A stretch of DNA of 64,000 bases from a plasmid: assembly GCF_053078305.1 (NCBI RefSeq), contig NZ_CP166875.1; one strand, given 5' to 3'. The position numbers and the translations under genes were made by a program. Of this stretch, positions 18,604-30,210 are shown in pieces. Within the stretch, counting starts at the first letter, position 1. Every line of letters starts with the position of its first letter. A model generated the notes under the pieces. It made no database searches and had not been told where the DNA came from. It saw only the letters and a program-made list of their open reading frames with translations.

Positions 18604-20802
18604 ATGAGTTTTAACGCAAAGGATATGACCCAGGGCGGTCAGATTGCGTCCATGCGTATCCGCATGTTCAGCCAGATCGCCAATATCATGCTTTACTGCC
18701 TGTTTATTTTTTTCTGGATCCTCGTTGGTCTGGTTTTATGGGTAAAAATAAGCTGGCAGACGTTTGTGAACGGCTGTATTTACTGGTGGTGCACCACGCT
18801 GGAAGGCATGCGGGATTTAATCAGGTCCCAGCCGGTCTATGAGATCCAGTATTACGGCAAAACCTTCCGGATGAACGCGGCTCAGGTACTGCATGATAAA
18901 TACATGATCTGGTGCGGTGAGCAGCTATGGTCTGCATTCGTTCTGGCGTCTGTCGTGGCCCTGGTTATCTGCCTGATCACCTTCTTTGTTGTCTCCTGGA
19001 TTCTGGGGCGTCAGGGTAAACAGCAGAGTGAAAATGAAGTCACAGGTGGTCGTCAGCTGACTGACAATCCGAAAGAGGTTGCCAGGATGCTGAAAAAAGA
19101 CGGCAAGGACTCCGATATCCGGATTGGCGATCTGCCGATTATCCGGGATTCTGAAATCCAGAATTTCTGTCTGCACGGCACGGTCGGGGCCGGTAAGTCG
19201 GAAGTTATCCGTCGTCTGGCCAACTACGCCCGTCAGCGCGGTGATATGGTGGTGATTTATGACCGATCAGGGGAATTTGTTAAAAGTTACTATGACCCGT
19301 CCATCGATAATATCCTGAATCCGCTGGATGCCCGCTGTGCCGCCTGGGATTTGTGGAAGGAGTGCCTGACACAGCCGGATTTTGATAATACGGCAAATAC
19401 CCTGATCCCGATGGGCACAAAAGAAGACCCGTTCTGGCAGGGCTCAGGACGCACCATTTTTGCGGAAGCGGCGTACCTGATGCGTAATGACCCCAACCGC
19501 AGCTACAGCAAACTGGTGGATACACTACTCTCCATCAAAATTGAAAAACTGCGTACCTTCCTGCGTAACTCACCGGCGGCCAACCTGGTGGAAGAGAAAA
19601 TCGAGAAAACGGCGATTTCCATCCGTGCTGTGCTGACCAACTACGTGAAAGCCATCCGTTACCTGCAGGGGATTGAGCATAATGGTGAGTCCTTCACCAT
19701 CCGTGACTGGATGCGGGGTGTCCGTGAAGATAAGAAAAACGGCTGGCTGTTTATTTCGTCGAATGCCGACACCCATGCTTCCCTGAAACCGGTGATCTCC
19801 ATGTGGCTGTCCATCGCCATTCGTGGCCTGATGGCGATGGGGGAGAACCGTAACCGTCGTGTGTGGTTCTTCTGTGATGAGTTACCCACGTTACACAAAC
19901 TGCCGGACCTGGTGGAGATCCTGCCGGAAGCCCGTAAGTTCGGTGGCTGTTATGTGTTCGGTATCCAGTCCTATGCCCAGCTGGAAGATATCTACGGTGA
20001 GAAATCGGCAGCCTCGCTGTTTGACGTCATGAACACCCGTGCCTTTTTCCGTTCCCCCAGCCATAAGATTGCAGAGTTCGCTGCCGGTGAAATTGGTGAG
20101 AAAGAGCACCTGAAAGCCAGCGAGCAGTATTCCTACGGTGCTGATCCGGTACGTGACGGGGTATCGACCGGTAAGGATATGGAGCGCCAGACGCTGGTCA
20201 GTTATTCCGACATTCAGTCTCTGCCGGATCTGACCTGTTATGTCACCCTGCCCGGACCGTATCCGGCAGTAAAACTCTCCCTGAAATATCAGGCACGACC
20301 GAAGGTTGCTCCGGAGTTTATTCCGCGTGACATCAATCCTGAAATGGAGAACCGTCTGAGTGCCGTACTTGCCGCAAGGGAAGCAGAAGGTCGTCAGATG
20401 GCCAGCCTCTTCGAACCGGATGTCCCGGAGGTTGTTTCCGGAGAAGACGTGACTCAGGCTGAACAGCCGCAACAGCCGCAACAGCCGCAACAGCCGCAAC
20501 AGCCGCAACAGCCGCAACAGCCGGTGTCTCCTGCCATCAACGATAAGAAGTCAGATGCAGGTGTGAATGTTCCGGCAGGGGGGATCGAGCAGGAGCTGAA
20601 AATGAAACCGGAAGAAGAGATGGAACAGCAACTGCCACCCGGGATCAGTGAATCCGGTGAAGTGGTGGATATGGCCGTTTATGAGGCATGGCAACGGGAG
20701 CAGAATCCGGATATCCAGCAGCAGATGCAGCGCCGTGAAGAGGTGAATATCAACGTGCACCGGGAGCGCGGGGAGGATGTTGAGCCGGGAGATGATTTCT
20801 GA
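18604..20802 (+). CDS. traD: TraD type IV coupling protein
   Basis: 732 aa, N-terminal TM helices, Walker [10 protein letters not shown]-terminal QQP repeats; N-terminus matches remembered F TraD. Confidence 0.92.
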   Translation: MSFNAKDMTQGGQIASMRIRMFSQIANIMLYCLFIFFWILVGLVLWVKISWQTFVNGCIYWWCTTLEGMRDLIRSQPVYEIQYYGKTFRMNAAQVLHDKYMIWCGEQLWSAFVLASVVALVICLITFFVVSWILGRQGKQQSENEVTGGRQLTDNPKEVARMLKKDGKDSDIRIGDLPIIRDSEIQNFCLHGTVGAGKSEVIRRLANYARQRGDMVVIYDRSGEFVKSYYDPSIDNILNPLDARCAAWDLWKECLTQPDFDNTANTLIPMGTKEDPFWQGSGRTIFAEAAYLMRNDPNRSYSKLVDTLLSIKIEKLRTFLRNSPAANLVEEKIEKTAISIRAVLTNYVKAIRYLQGIEHNGESFTIRDWMRGVREDKKNGWLFISSNADTHASLKPVISMWLSIAIRGLMAMGENRNRRVWFFCDELPTLHKLPDLVEILPEARKFGGCYVFGIQSYAQLEDIYGEKSAASLFDVMNTRAFFRSPSHKIAEFAAGEIGEKEHLKASEQYSYGADPVRDGVSTGKDMERQTLVSYSDIQSLPDLTCYVTLPGPYPAVKLSLKYQARPKVAPEFIPRDINPEMENRLSAVLAAREAEGRQMASLFEPDVPEVVSGEDVTQAEQPQQPQQPQQPQQPQQPQQPVSPAINDKKSDAGVNVPAGGIEQELKMKPEEEMEQQLPPGISESGEVVDMAVYEAWQREQNPDIQQQMQRREEVNINVHRERGEDVEPGDDF
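20464..20523. repeat. tandem 9-bp repeat (CAGCCGCAA-type, ~6 units) encoding the PQQ repeat of the TraD C-terminal tail
   Basis: Read directly from sequence. Confidence 0.9.
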
Positions 20803-23800
20803 TGTTGAGTTTCAGCGTTGTTAAATCGGCAGGCAGTGCCGGAAACTATTACACCGACAAGGATAATTACTATGTGCTGGGTAGCATGGGGGAACGCTGG
20901 GCGGGCAAGGGGGCTGAACAGCTTGGGCTGCAGGGCAGTGTTGATAAGGATGTCTTTACCCGTCTTCTGGAGGGGAAGCTGCCGGACGGGGCGGATTTAA
21001 GCCGTATGCAGGATGGCAGTAATAAGCATCGTCCCGGCTATGACCTGACCTTCTCCGCCCCCAAAAGTGTCTCCATGATGGCCATGTTAGGTGGCGATAA
21101 GCGCCTGATTGATGCACATAATCAGGCCGTGGATTTTGCTGTCCGTCAGGTGGAGGCGCTGGCTTCCACACGGGTGATGACGGACGGACAGTCAGAAACG
21201 GTACTGACCGGTAATCTGGTGATGGCACTCTTTAACCACGACACCAGTCGCGATCAGGACCCACAGTTACACACGCATGCGGTGGTGGCTAATGTCACGC
21301 AGCATAACGGCGAATGGAAGACACTGAGCAGTGATAAAGTGGGGAAAACCGGTTTTTCCGAGAACGTGCTCGCGAACCGTATTGCGTTCGGGAAAATATA
21401 TCAGAGTGAGTTACGTCAGCGCGTTGAGGCGCTGGGCTATGAAACTGAAGTGGTGGGTAAGCACGGTATGTGGGAGATGCCGGGCGTACCGGTGGAGGCC
21501 TTTTCCGGACGCTCACAGGCTATCCGGGAGGCCGTCGGGGAAGACGCCTCGCTGAAATCCCGGGATGTGGCGGCACTGGATACGCGAAAATCCAAACAGC
21601 ACGTCGATCCTGAAGTCAGAATGGCTGAATGGATGCAGACGCTGAAGGAAACCGGGTTCGACATCCGGGCGTATCGTGACGCGGCAGACCAACGGGCGGA
21701 GACCCGCACGCAGACACCCGGACCCGCTTCACAGGACGGGCCGGATGTGCAGCAGGCGGTGACACAGGCCATTGCCGGATTAAGTGAACGAAAAGTGCAG
21801 TTCACGTACACGGACGTGCTGGCCAGGACGGTCGGCATACTGCCGCCGGAAGCCGGTGTGATTGAGCGGGCGCGTGCCGGTATCGATGAGGCCATCAGCC
21901 GTGAGCAGCTTATCCCCCTCGACCGTGAGAAGGGGCTGTTCACGTCCGGGATTCATGTGCTCGATGAGCTGTCCGTCCGGGCACTCAGTCGTGACATCAT
22001 GAAACAGAACCGGGTGACTGTACATCCGGAGAAAAGTGTTCCCCGGACGGCCGGTTACAGCGATGCGGTCAGTGTTCTGGCACAGGATCGCCCGTCGCTG
22101 GCCATTGTGTCCGGGCAGGGCGGTGCAGCCGGGCAGCGTGAGCGGGTGGCTGAACTGGTCATGATGGCCCGGGAGCAGGGGCGGGAGGTGCAGATTATTG
22201 CCGCTGACCGTCGCTCACAGATGAACCTGAAGCAGGATGAACGGCTGTCCGGTGAACTGATAACCGGACGTCGTCAGCTGCTGGAAGGCATGCCCTTCAC
22301 GCCGGGCAGTACCGTTATCGTCGACCAGGGCGAAAAACTCTCCCTGAAAGAGACGTTAACCCTGCTGGACGGTGCCGCACGTCATAACGTACAGGTCCTG
22401 ATAACCGACAGCGGGCAGCGAACCGGTACAGGCAGTGCGCTGATGGCCATGAAGGATGCCGGGGTGAACATATATCGCTGGCAGGGGGGAGAGCAGCGAC
22501 CGGCAACCATCATCTGTGAACCGGACCGTAATGTCCGCTATGCCCGGCTGGCCGGAGATTTTGCGGCCAGCGTGAAAGCCGGAGAAGAGAGCGTGGCACA
22601 GGTCAGCGGAGTACGGGAACAGGCCATACTGACACAGGCCATTCGCAGTGAACTGAAAACGCAGGGCGTACTCGGGCAGAGGGAGGTGACCATGACGGTG
22701 CTGTCACCGGTCTGGCTGGACAGCCGGAGTCGTTATCTGCGGGATATGTACCGCCCGGGGATGGTGATGGAGCAGTGGAACCCGGAGACACGCAGTCATG
22801 ACCGCTATGTTATCGACCGGGTGACAGCGCAGAGTCACAGCCTGACCCTGCGGGATGCGCAGGGCGAAACGCAGGTGGTGCGTATATCCTCCCTGGACAG
22901 CAGCTGGTCGTTGTTCCGGCCGGAAAAAATACCGGTGGCAGACGGCGAGCGTCTGAGGGTGACAGGGAAAATTCCCGGACTCCGCGTCTCCGGCGGTGAC
23001 CGCCTGCAGGTGGCATCCGTCAGTGAAGATGCGATGACGGTTGTTGTGCCGGGGCGGGCTGAACCGGCCACCCTGCCTGTGAGCGATTCACCGTTCACGG
23101 CACTGAAGCTGGAGAGCGGCTGGGTGGAAACGCCCGGGCATTCCGTCAGTGACAGTGCGAAGGTTTTTGCCTCCGTCACACAGATGGCAATGGACAACGC
23201 CACCCTGAACGGTCTGGCCCGCAGCGGTCGTGATGTCCGGCTGTATTCCTCACTGGATGAAACCCGTACTGCGGAAAAACTTGCCCGTCACCCCTCCTTT
23301 ACGGTGGTTTCTGAGCAGATAAAGGCGCGTGCCGGTGAGACATTGCTGGAAACCGCTATCAGTCTGCAGAAAGCCGGGCTTCACACGCCGGCACAGCAGG
23401 CCATTCATCTGGCCCTTCCTGTGCTGGAAAGTAAAAACCTGGCCTTCAGCATGGTGGACCTGCTGACAGAGGCGAAGTCGTTTGCTGCAGAAGGAACCAG
23501 TTTTACTGAACTGGGAGGGGAAATCAATGCGCAGATAAAACGCGGTGATTTGCTGTATGTGGATGTGGCAAAAGGCTATGGCACAGGCCTGCTGGTTTCC
23601 CGTGCGTCGTATGAGGCAGAAAAGAGCATTCTTCGCCATATTCTCGAAGGTAAGGAGGCGGTCACGCCGCTGATGGAGAGGGTACCCGGCGAACTCATGG
23701 AGACACTGACGTCGGGGCAGCGTGCCGCCACCCGCATGATACTGGAAACGTCCGACCGTTTCACGGTGGTGCAGGGTTATGCCGGTGTGGGTAAGACCAC

Positions 23801-26072
23801 ACAGTTCCGGGCGGTGATGTCAGCCGTGAAGATGCTGCCGGAGAGTGAGCGTCCCCGTGTCGTGGGGCTGGGCCCCACGCACCGTGCGGTCGGTGAGATG
23901 CGCAGCGCCGGCGTGGATGCACAGACACTGGCATCCTTTCTGCATGACACGCAGCTGCAGCAGCGCAGCGGAGAAACGCCGGATTTCAGCAACACGCTGT
24001 TCCTGCTCGATGAGAGCTCTATGGTGGGCAATACCGACATGGCACGGGCATACGCCCTGATTGCGGCCGGTGGTGGTCGTGCCGTGGCCAGCGGTGACAC
24101 GGACCAGCTGCAGGCTATCGCGCCCGGTCAGCCTTTCCGTCTCCAGCAGACGCGCAGTGCTGCCGATGTGGTCATCATGAAGGAGATTGTGCGTCAGACG
24201 CCGGAACTGCGGGAGGCGGTATACAGCCTGATTAACCGGGATGTGGAAAGGGCACTGTCCGGGCTTGAGAGTGTGAAACCGTCTCAGGTGCCACGTCAGG
24301 AGGGCGCATGGGCACCGGAGCACTCCGTGACGGAGTTCAGTCACAGCCAGGAAGCGAAACTGGCAGAAGCGCAGCAGAAGGCGATGCTGAAAGGCGAGGC
24401 TTTTCCGGATGTCCCCATGACACTGTATGAAGCCATTGTCCGCGACTATACCGGCAGAACACCGGAAGCACGGGAGCAGACGCTGATTGTCACGCACCTG
24501 AATGAGGACCGGCGCGTACTGAACAGCATGATTCATGATGTACGGGAAAAGGCCGGTGAGCTGGGGAAAGAGCAGGTCATGGTGCCTGTCCTGAACACAG
24601 CGAATATACGTGACGGAGAGCTGCGTCGTCTCTCCACCTGGGAGACACATCGGGACGCACTTGCCCTGGTGGATAATGTGTATCACCGGATTGCCGGTAT
24701 CAGTAAGGATGACGGGCTGATAACCCTGGAGGATGCGGAAGGTAACACGCGGCTGATTTCGCCCCGGGAGGCGGTGGCTGAAGGTGTCACACTGTACACC
24801 CCGGACACCATCCGGGTGGGGACCGGTGACCGGATGCGCTTCACGAAGAGTGACCGGGAGCGCGGCTATGTGGCCAACAGCGTCTGGACGGTGATGGCGG
24901 TTTCCGGTGACAGTGTCACGCTTTCTGACGGACAGCAGACCCGGGTGATTCGCCCCGGCCAGGAGCAGGCAGAGCAACATATTGACCTGGCCTATGCCAT
25001 CACCGCTCACGGTGCGCAGGGGGCGAGTGAAACCTTTGCCATCGCGCTTGAAGGCACGGAAGGTAACCGGAAACAGATGGCCGGCTTTGAGTCAGCCTAT
25101 GTGGCCCTGTCGCGTATGAAGCAGCATGTGCAGGTGTACACCGATAACCGTCAGGGCTGGACGGATGCCATCAGCAAAGCCGTACAGAAAGGAACGGCCC
25201 ATGATGTGCTGGAGCCGGGGGCTGACCGGGAGGTCATGAATGCAGAGCGGTTGTTCAGTACGGCACGGGAGCTGCGGGATGTGGCAGCTGGCCGTGCTGT
25301 TCTCCGCCAGGCGGGACTGGCCGGGGGCGACAGTCCGGCACGGTTTATTGCACCGGGGCGCAAATATCCGCAGCCGTATGTGGCCCTGCCGGCTTTTGAC
25401 CGTAACGGCAAGTCCGCCGGTATCTGGCTGAACCCACTGACCACGGATGACGGAAACGGGCTGCGGGGATTCAGTGGTGAAGGCCGGGTGAAAGGCAGCG
25501 GGGATGCGCAGTTTGTGGCCCTGCAGGGCAGCCGTAACGGCGAGAGCCTGCTGGCTGATAATATGCAGGATGGTGTCTGGATTGCCCGTGATAACCCCGA
25601 CAGCGGTGTGGTGGTGAGAATCGCCGGTGAAGGTCGTCCGTGGAATCCCGGTGCCATCACCGGTGGCCGCGTGTGGGGGGATATCCCGGACAACAGCGTC
25701 CAGCCGGGGGCCGGAAACGGTGAGCCGGTCACGGCAGAGGTGCTGGCACAGCGGCAGGCTGAAGAGGACATCCGTCGTGAAACGGAACGCCGTGCGGATG
25801 AGATTGTCAGAAAAATGGCAGAGGAAAAACCTGACCAGCCGGATGGTAAAACAGAGCAGGCTGTCAGGGCTATTGCCGGGCAGGAGCAGGACAGGGCTTC
25901 GTCATCAGAACGGGAAACTGCGCTGCCGGAAAGTGTGCTGCGTGAGTCTCAACGGGTGCAGGACGCTGTCCGGGAGGTTGCCCGGGAAAATCTGCTGCAG
26001 GAGCGACTTCAGCAGATGGAGCGGGATATGGTCCGTGACCTGCAGAAAGAGAAAACCCTGGGCGGAGACTGA
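20802..26072 (+). CDS. traI: TraI relaxase/helicase
   Basis: 1756 aa; N-terminal relaxase followed by helicase domains; start overlaps traD stop by one base. Confidence 0.95.
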   Translation: MLSFSVVKSAGSAGNYYTDKDNYYVLGSMGERWAGKGAEQLGLQGSVDKDVFTRLLEGKLPDGADLSRMQDGSNKHRPGYDLTFSAPKSVSMMAMLGGDKRLIDAHNQAVDFAVRQVEALASTRVMTDGQSETVLTGNLVMALFNHDTSRDQDPQLHTHAVVANVTQHNGEWKTLSSDKVGKTGFSENVLANRIAFGKIYQSELRQRVEALGYETEVVGKHGMWEMPGVPVEAFSGRSQAIREAVGEDASLKSRDVAALDTRKSKQHVDPEVRMAEWMQTLKETGFDIRAYRDAADQRAETRTQTPGPASQDGPDVQQAVTQAIAGLSERKVQFTYTDVLARTVGILPPEAGVIERARAGIDEAISREQLIPLDREKGLFTSGIHVLDELSVRALSRDIMKQNRVTVHPEKSVPRTAGYSDAVSVLAQDRPSLAIVSGQGGAAGQRERVAELVMMAREQGREVQIIAADRRSQMNLKQDERLSGELITGRRQLLEGMPFTPGSTVIVDQGEKLSLKETLTLLDGAARHNVQVLITDSGQRTGTGSALMAMKDAGVNIYRWQGGEQRPATIICEPDRNVRYARLAGDFAASVKAGEESVAQVSGVREQAILTQAIRSELKTQGVLGQREVTMTVLSPVWLDSRSRYLRDMYRPGMVMEQWNPETRSHDRYVIDRVTAQSHSLTLRDAQGETQVVRISSLDSSWSLFRPEKIPVADGERLRVTGKIPGLRVSGGDRLQVASVSEDAMTVVVPGRAEPATLPVSDSPFTALKLESGWVETPGHSVSDSAKVFASVTQMAMDNATLNGLARSGRDVRLYSSLDETRTAEKLARHPSFTVVSEQIKARAGETLLETAISLQKAGLHTPAQQAIHLALPVLESKNLAFSMVDLLTEAKSFAAEGTSFTELGGEINAQIKRGDLLYVDVAKGYGTGLLVSRASYEAEKSILRHILEGKEAVTPLMERVPGELMETLTSGQRAATRMILETSDRFTVVQGYAGVGKTTQFRAVMSAVKMLPESERPRVVGLGPTHRAVGEMRSAGVDAQTLASFLHDTQLQQRSGETPDFSNTLFLLDESSMVGNTDMARAYALIAAGGGRAVASGDTDQLQAIAPGQPFRLQQTRSAADVVIMKEIVRQTPELREAVYSLINRDVERALSGLESVKPSQVPRQEGAWAPEHSVTEFSHSQEAKLAEAQQKAMLKGEAFPDVPMTLYEAIVRDYTGRTPEAREQTLIVTHLNEDRRVLNSMIHDVREKAGELGKEQVMVPVLNTANIRDGELRRLSTWETHRDALALVDNVYHRIAGISKDDGLITLEDAEGNTRLISPREAVAEGVTLYTPDTIRVGTGDRMRFTKSDRERGYVANSVWTVMAVSGDSVTLSDGQQTRVIRPGQEQAEQHIDLAYAITAHGAQGASETFAIALEGTEGNRKQMAGFESAYVALSRMKQHVQVYTDNRQGWTDAISKAVQKGTAHDVLEPGADREVMNAERLFSTARELRDVAAGRAVLRQAGLAGGDSPARFIAPGRKYPQPYVALPAFDRNGKSAGIWLNPLTTDDGNGLRGFSGEGRVKGSGDAQFVALQGSRNGESLLADNMQDGVWIARDNPDSGVVVRIAGEGRPWNPGAITGGRVWGDIPDNSVQPGAGNGEPVTAEVLAQRQAEEDIRRETERRADEIVRKMAEEKPDQPDGKTEQAVRAIAGQEQDRASSSERETALPESVLRESQRVQDAVREVARENLLQERLQQMERDMVRDLQKEKTLGGD

Positions 26073-26091
26073 TACAGGAAGACAAACGCTG

Positions 26092-26838
26092 ATGACAACG
26101 GATAACACGAACACGACACGTAACGATTCACTGGCTGCCCGGACCGATACCTGGCTGCAGTCGTTGCTGGTCTGGTCACCCGGACAGCGGGATACCATCA
26201 AAACGGTGGCACTGGTGCTGATGGTGCTGGACCATGCAAACCGCATTCTGCATCTGGAGCAGACGTGGATGTTTCTGGCCGGGCGGGGCGCGTTTCCGCT
26301 GTTTGCGCTGGTCTGGGGACTGAATCTGTCCCGTCATGCGCATATCCGTCAGGCGTCCGTAAACCGCCTGTGGGGATGGGCTGTTGTGGCGCAGTTCGGG
26401 TACTTTCTGGCGGGATATCCGTGGTATGAGGGCAATATTCTGTTTGCCTTTGCGGTGGCAGCACAGATGCTGAAATGGTGTGAATATCACTCGCTGGTAT
26501 GGTCAGTCAGTGCACTTACACTTCTGGTTCTCTGGTTCCCGTTATCTTCCACCAGTTACGGTGCTGTCGGGATCATATTACTGATGCTCTGTCACAGGAT
26601 ATACAGGACGACGCACCTTTCTGTACGGAGCATGCTGGCGCTTTGTCTTTTCCCGGTCGTTGCTCTCGTTAACCTGCAGGACAGCGTGACTGCCGCTGTC
26701 AGTGGTGTGTTAGTGACATACATGGTCGTCAGGATGGTATCCGGTATCCGGTGGCCTGCTGCCCGTTTCTGGCCGGCAGACTTTTTCCCGGTATTTTATG
26801 TCTGTCATCTCGCTGTGCTGGGAGTGATGGCCCTGTAG
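26092..26838 (+). CDS. traX: TraX pilin acetyltransferase
   Basis: ATG at 26092 after traI stop; 248-aa polytopic membrane protein. Confidence 0.88.
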   Translation: MTTDNTNTTRNDSLAARTDTWLQSLLVWSPGQRDTIKTVALVLMVLDHANRILHLEQTWMFLAGRGAFPLFALVWGLNLSRHAHIRQASVNRLWGWAVVAQFGYFLAGYPWYEGNILFAFAVAAQMLKWCEYHSLVWSVSALTLLVLWFPLSSTSYGAVGIILLMLCHRIYRTTHLSVRSMLALCLFPVVALVNLQDSVTAAVSGVLVTYMVVRMVSGIRWPAARFWPADFFPVFYVCHLAVLGVMAL

Positions 26839-26917
26839 CAGGAAGCGCAAGAAAGCGGATGAACTGTGAAAGTCTTTTTGTTTAAATCAGAGCGCATTCA
26901 GGAAAAAACAGGAGCAG

Positions 26918-27289
26918 ATGATGAAAAAAATATTACTGGTGGCAGCCATTACGGGAATGTTCGTTCAGGGGGTATGGGCAAAATCAGATCAGCAAATCCG
27001 GGATGAGGCTAAAAATAATGTGATCACTGTTTCTCAGGTGAGTGACATGACGGAGGGGACCGGTGTGACGCTGAATGGTCAGATAGTGAAGCAACTGGCA
27101 GCCGAAGAGGATCATTTTGAACTCAGTGATGCATCAGGAAGTATTGTCATTGATGTCGATGATGAAGTATGGCGCCCGCTGGCCCTGAAAGCCGGAGATA
27201 AAGTTCAGGTTGTGGGAGAAGTGGATATTTCTGATGAGGGAAACCGGAAAGCCACGGTGGATGTACTGACTCTTGAGCGTCTTCGCTGA
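26918..27289 (+). CDS. YgiW/BOF-family periplasmic OB-fold protein
   Basis: 123 aa with signal peptide; family assignment from memory. Confidence 0.5.
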   Translation: MMKKILLVAAITGMFVQGVWAKSDQQIRDEAKNNVITVSQVSDMTEGTGVTLNGQIVKQLAAEEDHFELSDASGSIVIDVDDEVWRPLALKAGDKVQVVGEVDISDEGNRKATVDVLTLERLR

Positions 27290-27324
27290 TATGAACAACG
27301 GATACCGGTGAGGGCAGGTGAGTT

Positions 27325-27882
27325 ATGACAGAGCAGAAACGGCCAGTACTGACACTGAAACGAAGAACCGACGTGGAAACACCGACCCGGAGCCGGAAAA
27401 CCATCATCAATGTCACCACGCCACCAAAATGGAAGGTGAAAAAGCAGAAACTGGCGGAGAAGGCTGCCCGGGAAGCAGAGCTGGCGGCGAAGAAAGCACA
27501 GGCCAGACAGGCGCTGTCCATTTATCTGACGCTGCCCTCGCTGGATGAGGCGGTGAACACTCTGAAACCCTGGTGGCCGGGATTGTTTGACGGTAACACG
27601 CCCAGGCTTCTTGCCTGCGGTATCCGGGAGGTTTTACTGGATGAGGTGTCTCAGCGAAATATCCCGCTCTCTCATAAAAAACTCAGCCGGGCGCTGAAAG
27701 CCATCACCCGTTCGGAAAGTTATCTGTGCGCAATGAAAGCCGGCGCCTGCCGCTATGATACGGAAGGCTATGTGACAGAACATATCACACAGGAAGAAGA
27801 ACAGTATGCGCAGGCGCGCCTGGAAAAGGTGCGCAGACAGAACCGGATCAAGGATGAGCTGCGGGCGATCCTGGCTGAATAA
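27325..27882 (+). CDS. finO: FinO fertility inhibition RNA chaperone
   Basis: 185 aa, Lys/Arg-rich N-terminus; position after traX. Confidence 0.88.
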   Translation: MTEQKRPVLTLKRRTDVETPTRSRKTIINVTTPPKWKVKKQKLAEKAAREAELAAKKAQARQALSIYLTLPSLDEAVNTLKPWWPGLFDGNTPRLLACGIREVLLDEVSQRNIPLSHKKLSRALKAITRSESYLCAMKAGACRYDTEGYVTEHITQEEEQYAQARLEKVRRQNRIKDELRAILAE

Positions 27883-28983
27883 TAAAAACGCCCTCTGTAT
27901 GACAGAGGGCAACAGCGAAAAAATCGGGAAAACAGACATCCAGAGTTTTGATGGAGAAAAACACCCAACCGTTCAGGGATGTTTCATAATGTTTCTGACA
28001 TAATCCGGGCGCCGGGTCAAGGGGGGGATAAAAAATGGCTGTATCCAGTGGATTATCTGAGCACAGCGGTATTTATCGCTATCAGCGCGTGGGGCGTCAT
28101 GCCGTCCGTCAGGAGATTCGTGGCTTTTTCAGGGAAGCCGCTGAGGCCTGGCAGAATGCGGCCCGGCTGGCACCCTGTGAAGCATGGCGGGATTTTGCCC
28201 TGAAGAGGGCATCTGCATGCCGGTGTAAGTGCCGATAAAAATAACCCCCGTCGCGGAGCTCCGGGGGATCAGGCTTATATGGCAGATCGTTATTATTATT
28301 ATTATAGTGGTGTAAGAAGGAGTTGCCCTGTCTTTCAAACGGACATCACAGAATTAACATATTTCACCTCCCGGGTAAGCCAGCAGGGATAAAAAATGTG
28401 ATGAATTTCAAGAAGCAGGAGGTGACAGTGGCATGCATAACAGCAGGGTTATCCGGTGAATCTGACAGACAGCCGGGCTGTATTCGCGGCAGGATAAAGA
28501 AAAACCGGGAGATGACTCTCCCGGTCCGTCTTATCGCTAATCCCCTGAGCAGGGCATGTATGACTTATCTATGACCATTATATTCAGCGCCACATCCGGT
28601 AGCCTGCGATATAACACAGTTATCCTGTCAGTAAGAGCAGGTATGATGAATACACGGAGATTAAAAATATAATCTCCGTCACATGTTACCCCCGGAAACC
28701 GGTAACGCCGTCACGGGAAAGACGTGACAGAAAAAGCAGCCTCCGTTACTCCAGGTATCAGAAGGCTGAATAATGCATGAGACTTTCTTTCTTATGTGTC
28801 TGGTCAGGCTGGCTGACCAGCGTTTTTAGTAACACATAGCCATATGTGTATTAAGCCACCTCATCTTATTTTGTTGAATTGATCACAATTCAACGGTTTA
28901 TTTTTGGCGTGATGTGTGAGCCGTTATTCATCCCGGCATGGAATTCATGCAATAACGAAAAGTAATCAGTGACGGAGAGTAAA

Positions 28984-29445
28984 ATGAAGAAATATATACC
29001 ACTGGTATTATTTGTTTTTTCATGTCAGGTATTTTCTGCTGATATTCATGGACGGGTTGTGCGTGTTCTGGATGGCGATACCATTGACGTTATGTTATCT
29101 CAGCATCCGGTGCGTGTCCGTCTTGTTAATATTGATGCACCTGAAAAGAAACAGGACTATGGCCGGTGGTCTGAAAAAATAATGAAATCTCTGGTTGCGG
29201 GAAAAACGGTTACTGTCACATATTTTCAGCGAGATCGTTATGGTCGTATTCTCGGGCAGGTTTATGCACCAGACGGAATGAATGTTAATCAGTTTATGGT
29301 CCGTGCAGGCGCTGCATGGGTTTATGAGCAGTACAACACCGATCCTGTTCTTCCCGTCCTGCAGGGAGAAGCACGACAGCAGAAACGTGGTCTGTGGGCA
29401 GACAGCGCTCCTGTTCCGCCCTGGGTATGGCGCTCACGGAAATAA
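28984..29445 (+). CDS. secreted thermonuclease (staphylococcal nuclease-like)
   Basis: Signal peptide plus SNase-like motifs; ATG at 28984 preceded by ggagag. Confidence 0.75.
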   Translation: MKKYIPLVLFVFSCQVFSADIHGRVVRVLDGDTIDVMLSQHPVRVRLVNIDAPEKKQDYGRWSEKIMKSLVAGKTVTVTYFQRDRYGRILGQVYAPDGMNVNQFMVRAGAAWVYEQYNTDPVLPVLQGEARQQKRGLWADSAPVPPWVWRSRK

Positions 29446-29532
29446 TGATATTTCTGTGGCTATTGAGTTCTCATTGAAATGCGATATTTAAAAGTATGAA
29501 GCATATTACATTATTAACTTATTTCTCTGTTA

Positions 29533-29931
29533 ATGAAAGGTGAACAAATGAACTATCAGGCAGTATCAGAATTAATCACATCGTCTAATCATAATGTTCT
29601 TATTGTGGGGGACTCAGCTTCTGAAGTTGATAGCTTTTTAAATAAACTGAATATTACTGATTATAAGTATTATGATTTCAGCCAGATTTACAGTTGTTCT
29701 GACAGAACATTAAATGATTATGCGGTTATTTTTATCAGGGATGCACTGAACGCCAGTGAGCATATTATTATTTTTAATTGTACAGGATGGCCTGATTTGA
29801 ATAATGAATCTGCCGTCATGCAGTTTGCCAGAGTGGCACGAAAATCAGGAAAACAACTGATAGTCGCAGTAAGAGAACAGGATATGAAAAAAATGGAAGC
29901 AGAGTTTGGAAGGATCATAAAAATCCACTGA
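29533..29931 (+). CDS. hypothetical protein
   Basis: 132-aa ORF; stop abuts conserved hairpin element copy 2. Confidence 0.4.
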   Translation: MKGEQMNYQAVSELITSSNHNVLIVGDSASEVDSFLNKLNITDYKYYDFSQIYSCSDRTLNDYAVIFIRDALNASEHIIIFNCTGWPDLNNESAVMQFARVARKSGKQLIVAVREQDMKKMEAEFGRIIKIH

Positions 29932-30005
29932 CGCCTTCGCGTTGCTCAGTTGTCCAACCCCGGGGACGGGAAAAAGCAAGTTTTCCCCGCCCCCGGCGTT
30001 TCTGT
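29931..30005. repeat. conserved ~75-bp hairpin element, copy 2
   Basis: Same conserved flanks and stem-loop position as copy 1. Confidence 0.7.
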
Positions 30006-30210
30006 AGTGAAAAGCGGGAAATGGAGGGAATGGTCAGTAACAGGGAATGTGGTATTATCGCGGCGGGTGTCTGAGCCTTTCTGGTTCAGGCAAGACGCAG
30101 GTACTAGAAATGCGAAGACCCCACTTGTTAATCCATTAACTCGTGAGGCCTGCATGAAGTACTTGAACACTACTGATTGTAGCCTCTTCCTTGCAGAGAG
30201 GTCAAAGTTT

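Noticed and set aside
23820-25010. 396-aa minus-strand ORF inside traI, plus other long antisense ORFs in traI
   Set aside because: GC-rich antisense frames of traI; TraI identity on the + strand is unambiguous
25627-26091. N-terminal extension of the traX reading frame overlapping the end of traI
   Set aside because: traX starts at ATG 26092 after the traI stop; the extension is an open frame without function
27883-28983. Small ORFs (63-83 aa) in the finO-nuclease intergenic region
   Set aside because: No ribosome-binding sites or family resemblance; region treated as non-coding or degraded
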